DNA from: Thermoanaerobaculia bacterium
Lineage (GTDB): Bacteria > Acidobacteriota > Thermoanaerobaculia > Gp7-AA8
Direction of reading: 5' to 3'
DNA: 64,000 bases
NCBI GenBank assembly: GCA_035536275.1
Contig: DATLOL010000196.1
Span: 1,196-65,195 of the forward strand
This document shows, piece after piece, positions 60,291-64,000 of the stretch; position 1 is the first letter of the stretch; each line of letters begins with the position of its first letter. Position numbers and translations under genes: made by a program. The notes beneath the pieces were generated by a model, which saw nothing but the letters and a program-made list of their open reading frames with translations, searched no databases and was not told where the DNA came from.

Positions 60291-60878
60291 ATGGCAGAAC
60301 GTGTTCAGCTCGATGACCGCACCCTCGTGGAGCGGATCCTCGGCGGCGACAGGGACCTGTTCACGACGCTGGTGAGCCGCTACGAAAAGCGCCTCGTCAA
60401 CTACGTGTACCGGATCACCCATCGCTACGAAGAGGCTCACGATCTGGCGCAGGAAATTTTCGTGAAGGTCTATCTCGCACTCGATCGATACGATCCGAAG
60501 TATCAGTTCTCGACGTGGCTCTTCCGCATCGCGCAGAACAGCGCGATCGATGCGCTGCGGAAGAAATCGATTGCCGAGGTACCGCTGGCGCGGCCGACCG
60601 AGGATGAGCCGTCGGGCAAGGAGCGCGAGTTCGCCGACGACGGCATCTCGCCGTACCGTGCCCTCAAGAACAAACAGCTCAGCGCCGCGATCGACAAGGC
60701 GGTCGAGCAGTTGCCCTCCGACTATCGCGAGCTCATTCAGCTTCGGCATTTCGCGGAGCTGTCGTACGAGGAGATCGCTTCGATGAAGAAGCTGCCCCTC
60801 GGCACGGTGAAAAACAAGCTCTTCCGCGCGCGAAACTTGCTCAAGGAGTCGCTCGGCGGCTTCGTGGAACCGTTATGA
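60291..60878 (+). CDS. ECF RNA polymerase sigma factor (SigW/RpoE-like)
   Basis: AHDLAQEIFVK, FSTWLFRIA.N..ID, LSYEEIA..LPLGTVKNKLFRAR. Confidence 0.92.
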   Translation: MAERVQLDDRTLVERILGGDRDLFTTLVSRYEKRLVNYVYRITHRYEEAHDLAQEIFVKVYLALDRYDPKYQFSTWLFRIAQNSAIDALRKKSIAEVPLARPTEDEPSGKEREFADDGISPYRALKNKQLSAAIDKAVEQLPSDYRELIQLRHFAELSYEEIASMKKLPLGTVKNKLFRARNLLKESLGGFVEPL

Positions 60879-61285
60879 CCTGTGAGGATTACCTGAACGA
60901 TCCGGAGGCGAACGCGGCTCATCTCGAGTCGTGCGAAGTGTGCCGGGTGCTGGAGTCGGATCTCAACGTCGACGTTCCGGCGCGTCCGATGAAGCTCGAC
61001 GCGCTGCCCCTCGCGCCGTGGGAAGGCGCGTCGCATCGTACCTGGCCGCTGGTCGCGGCGGGCCTCGTGGCCACGCTGACGCTGCTCATCGTCGTCTCCG
61101 CGGCGGCGGGCGTGTCACCGGTGGATGCCGTGTCGTCTTCGCTGCCGTCGGTGCAGGCGCTGCTCACGTTCCTGCAGCTCACCGGACGCGCGATCGGCGG
61201 CCCGCTGATTGCGGTCCTGTTCGTGGTCATCAACACGCTGCTTTTCCTGCTGCTGCGGCGCGCGCCGAAGGGAGTGGATGTTTAA
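60875..61285 (+). CDS. Putative anti-sigma membrane protein
   Basis: HLESCEVC ZAS-like motif followed by two TM helices, directly after the sigma gene. Confidence 0.65.
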   Translation: MTCEDYLNDPEANAAHLESCEVCRVLESDLNVDVPARPMKLDALPLAPWEGASHRTWPLVAAGLVATLTLLIVVSAAAGVSPVDAVSSSLPSVQALLTFLQLTGRAIGGPLIAVLFVVINTLLFLLLRRAPKGVDV

Positions 61286-62159
61286 GCGTCTGATCGTTCC
61301 GCTGACGACGATCGCGGCGCTGATCGCGCTGTTCGTCGTCCTGTCGCCGACCGGAGCGTCGGGGCAGGCTCGCACGACGGAGAAGCATTTCGTCGGCGAG
61401 ACGGTGACGCTCTCCGAGCCGGTCGTCGGCACCGTGCAGTCGTACGGCGGAACACTCACCGTCGCCTCGGAGATCAACGGCGATCTCCTGATCGTCGGCG
61501 GTGCCGTGACGTTCGTCGGCGCGGGCCGCGTCCGCGGCAACCTCATTCACGCGAATGCAAAACTGAACGGAGCGGAAGGCCGCGTCGGCGGCCGGATCTA
61601 TCCGCTGACGTCACTCGAAGGCGCGGCCAGCGCGGTGACGAAGAACGTGATCATCGCGTCGCTGCTGCTGGTGTGGCTGATCGCGGCGGTGGTCGTGACG
61701 CTGATGAGCGGCCGTGAGATCCGCGCATCGTCGGTCGAGCTGCGCAGCAGCGCATTGCACTGCTTCGTCCTCGGACTCGTCGCCGTCACGAGCTTCGTCC
61801 TCACCGGGATTGCGTTCAGCTACCTCGTCCCGTACGTCGTCGGCATTCCGCTCCTCGCGGCGCTGGCGGTCTTCGGAATCATGACCAAGGTCTACGGCAT
61901 GATCGCGATCTTCCACGTGGTGGGTACGCTGATCGCGGGCTCGCGAACACGAAATCAACTCGCGGGCCGCAAGTTCCTCCGCGGCGACCTCGCGATGGTC
62001 GTGATCGGCGTGCTGTTGCTGGGCGCGCTCCGCATGATCCCGGTGGTAGGCACAATCCTCTGGAGCCTCGCCAGCATCTTCGGCGTAGGCGTAGCGCTAG
62101 CGACCAAATTTGGCCGCCGCGAACCCTGGTTCCTGGCGTTCCGCGCCGCCAACGCCTAA
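61278..62159 (+). CDS. Membrane protein with bactofilin-like (polymer-forming) beta-helix N-terminus
   Basis: GG.LTV...INGDL..VGGAV.....G.V.GNL repeats followed by 5-6 TM helices; ATG 61278. Confidence 0.6.
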   Translation: MFKRLIVPLTTIAALIALFVVLSPTGASGQARTTEKHFVGETVTLSEPVVGTVQSYGGTLTVASEINGDLLIVGGAVTFVGAGRVRGNLIHANAKLNGAEGRVGGRIYPLTSLEGAASAVTKNVIIASLLLVWLIAAVVVTLMSGREIRASSVELRSSALHCFVLGLVAVTSFVLTGIAFSYLVPYVVGIPLLAALAVFGIMTKVYGMIAIFHVVGTLIAGSRTRNQLAGRKFLRGDLAMVVIGVLLLGALRMIPVVGTILWSLASIFGVGVALATKFGRREPWFLAFRAANA

Positions 62160-62720
62160 CGCTCCGCGTCTGGACTGCGGCAGCATCGCCGCCGGAAAGT
62201 CGTCGTAGACGTTTACGCGATCGGTTCTGATTCGACGCACCGTCTCCACGAATGATCGGGGGGCGTGGTCTTCAAACCACGACGCCGAACACCACCGATA
62301 CCTCCGAGCGCCAGCGACCACTCCATGGTGAACCGCATTCTCGTGCGTGTACCGCAATCGCGCCAGCCACGATGACTCGATCGTGAGCAGCGAGTCGCGA
62401 AACTGAAACCAGACCTTCCGCCCTTTCACGCCGTCGCGCCGGTTGATATCGATTGCCGTCCGGACGTGGAGGTGCGTAAGCATTCGACGCACCTTTCCGC
62501 CATCATCGGACGCGATTACGAGGTGGTAGTGGTTCGCGAAGAGTGCCCACGCCTGAAGCCAGCACTCGAAGGTCTTTGCCTGACCGAAGAGCGAATCGCC
62601 GAGCGCATCGAGTGCGGCGGCCGTCCGGAACAAATGCTGTTTGTACAGCGTGCTTGCCGTGACGAAGTAAACGCCCGCCTCGCCGAAGCGATGGACTGGA
62701 GCGTGCGGCCAGTCATTCAT
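62097..62720 (-). mobile_element. REP-associated tyrosine transposase (RAYT, Y1 HUH family)
   Basis: YFVT, NHYHL (HUH), VWFQFRDS, YTHENAVHHG.V, YRWCS; ATG 62720; flanked by inverted REPs. Confidence 0.85.
62172..62195 (+). repeat. REP flanking the RAYT gene (left)
   Basis: GGACT-GCGGCAGC-ATC-GCCGCCGG. Confidence 0.7.
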
Positions 62721-62770
62721 GTCCCCGAGGGTCCCTCGGAAGGCACGAGCGGTCAAAGGTTTTACATCGG

Positions 62771-62824
62771 GTAGCCGCGGCGAGAGCCGCGGCTTTGAGA
62801 GCGGCAGCGATGCTGCCGCAGTGC
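62771..62824. repeat. Two REP hairpins upstream of the RAYT gene
   Basis: GTAG-CCGCGGC-GAGA-GCCGCGG (62771..62794) and GCGGCAGC-GAT-GCTGCCGC-AGTGC (62801..62824), the latter an inverted copy of the left REP. Confidence 0.75.
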
Positions 62825-62830
62825 AGACGC

Positions 62831-64000
62831 TTACACGTTGTCGACGATCGCCTGCGCGAACTCGCTGGTCTTCACCTTTGTCGCGCCCTGCATCTGGCGC
62901 TCGAGGTCGTAGGTGACTTTTTTCTGCTGGATCGTTTTGGCGATGCCGGTCTCGATGGCATCGGCCGCTTCGAACCATTTCATGTGCCGGAGCATCATCA
63001 CCGCGCTGAGGATCAGGGAGCCGGGATTGATCACGTCCTGATCGGCGTACTTCGGCGCCGTTCCATGCGTGGCTTCGAAGATCGCCACCTCGTCGGACTC
63101 GTTCGAGCCCGGCGCCATGCCCAAACCTCCGACCTGCGCGGCGAGTGCGTCGGACAGGTAGTCGCCGTTGAGGTTCGTCGTGGCGATGACCGAGTACTCC
63201 GCGGGACGCAGCAGGACCTGCTGGAACATCGAGTCCGCGATGCGGTCCTTGATGATGATCTTCCCGTCCGCCCCCGCACCGGTGAGTTCCGACTCGGGGA
63301 TGGTGAATTGGCCGTACTCCTCTTTCGCCACCTGGTAGCCCCAGTCTTTGAACGCCCCCTCGGTGAACTTCATGATGTTGCCCTTGTGCACGAGGGTCAC
63401 GGAGTCGCGCTTCGTGGCGATGGCGTAATCGATGGCCTTGCGCACGAGCCGCTTCGAACCGAACTCGGAGATGGGCTTGATGCCGATCGCGGAGTTCTCG
63501 CGGATCTTGCCGGAAGTGCGGCGCTCCATGGAGTTGAGGAAGCCGATCACCTGATTGGAGAGCTCCGAACCGGCCGGCCACTCGATGCCCGCGTACACGT
63601 CCTCGGTGTTCTCGCGGTAGATGACCATGTCCACCTTCTGCGGCTCGCGCACCGGCGAAGGCACGCCGTCAAAGTAGCGCACCGGACGTACACAGGCGTA
63701 AAGGTCCAGCACCTGGCGCAGGGTGACGTTCAGCGAGCGGATGCCGCCGCCCACGGGCGTCGCGAGCGGTCCCTTGATCGACACGCGGTACGCCGAGAGC
63801 TGGTCGAGCGTCTCCTGCGGCAGATACTCGCCGAAGAGGCCGAAGGCCTTGTCGCCGGCGTACACCTCGTGCCAGTGGATCTTTCGCTTCCCGCCGTAGA
63901 TCTTGTTCACCACGACGTCGACGACGGTCCGCGTGGCGCGCCAGATGTCCGGCCCCGTGCCGTCACCCTCGATGTACGGGACGATCGGATCGTCGGGGAC
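62831..64000 (-). CDS. icd: NADP-dependent isocitrate dehydrogenase, 5' end outside the window
   Basis: [55 protein letters not shown]. Confidence 0.96.
   Translation of the reverse strand, partial: VPDDPIVPYIEGDGTGPDIWRATRTVVDVVVNKIYGGKRKIHWHEVYAGDKAFGLFGEYLPQETLDQLSAYRVSIKGPLATPVGGGIRSLNVTLRQVLDLYACVRPVRYFDGVPSPVREPQKVDMVIYRENTEDVYAGIEWPAGSELSNQVIGFLNSMERRTSGKIRENSAIGIKPISEFGSKRLVRKAIDYAIATKRDSVTLVHKGNIMKFTEGAFKDWGYQVAKEEYGQFTIPESELTGAGADGKIIIKDRIADSMFQQVLLRPAEYSVIATTNLNGDYLSDALAAQVGGLGMAPGSNESDEVAIFEATHGTAPKYADQDVINPGSLILSAVMMLRHMKWFEAADAIETGIAKTIQQKKVTYDLERQMQGATKVKTSEFAQAIVDNV

Noticed and set aside
62721-63581. 494-aa ORF 62097..63581 as one protein
   Set aside because: The upstream part is an alternative frame over icd, and only the region from ATG 62720 has RAYT motifs.

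Overview
High-GC bacterial window. Gene content and repeat style suggest Acidobacteriota, possibly Thermoanaerobaculia (inference, no database check). Most of it is housekeeping DNA: trmFO, cdd, lolA-tgt-yajC-secD-secF-maeB, mnmA, glmS, xerC, gcvT/H/PA/PB, prmC, icd, three tRNAs and a cobalamin riboswitch ahead of a BtuB-like receptor. The accessory segment at about 12.4-25.5 kb is the most interesting part. A complete class I lanthipeptide cluster (GAF/TM protein, C39-peptidase ABC exporter, double-Gly precursor ending in CCC, LanC, LanB) sits between two paralogous FG-GAP-repeat genes that share a 26-bp upstream motif. A 12-bp copy of the tRNA-Pro 3' end lies at the left side of the cluster. 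A palindromic site, CRATTGATAT-GGGGTG-ATATCRATCG, occurs once at the left end and as a 12-unit array spaced only 43 or 64-65 bp apart next to the tRNA-Pro 3' end. The array is not CRISPR-like, and no integrase or cas gene is nearby. A RAYT transposase with flanking REPs and several families of short intergenic repeats also occur.
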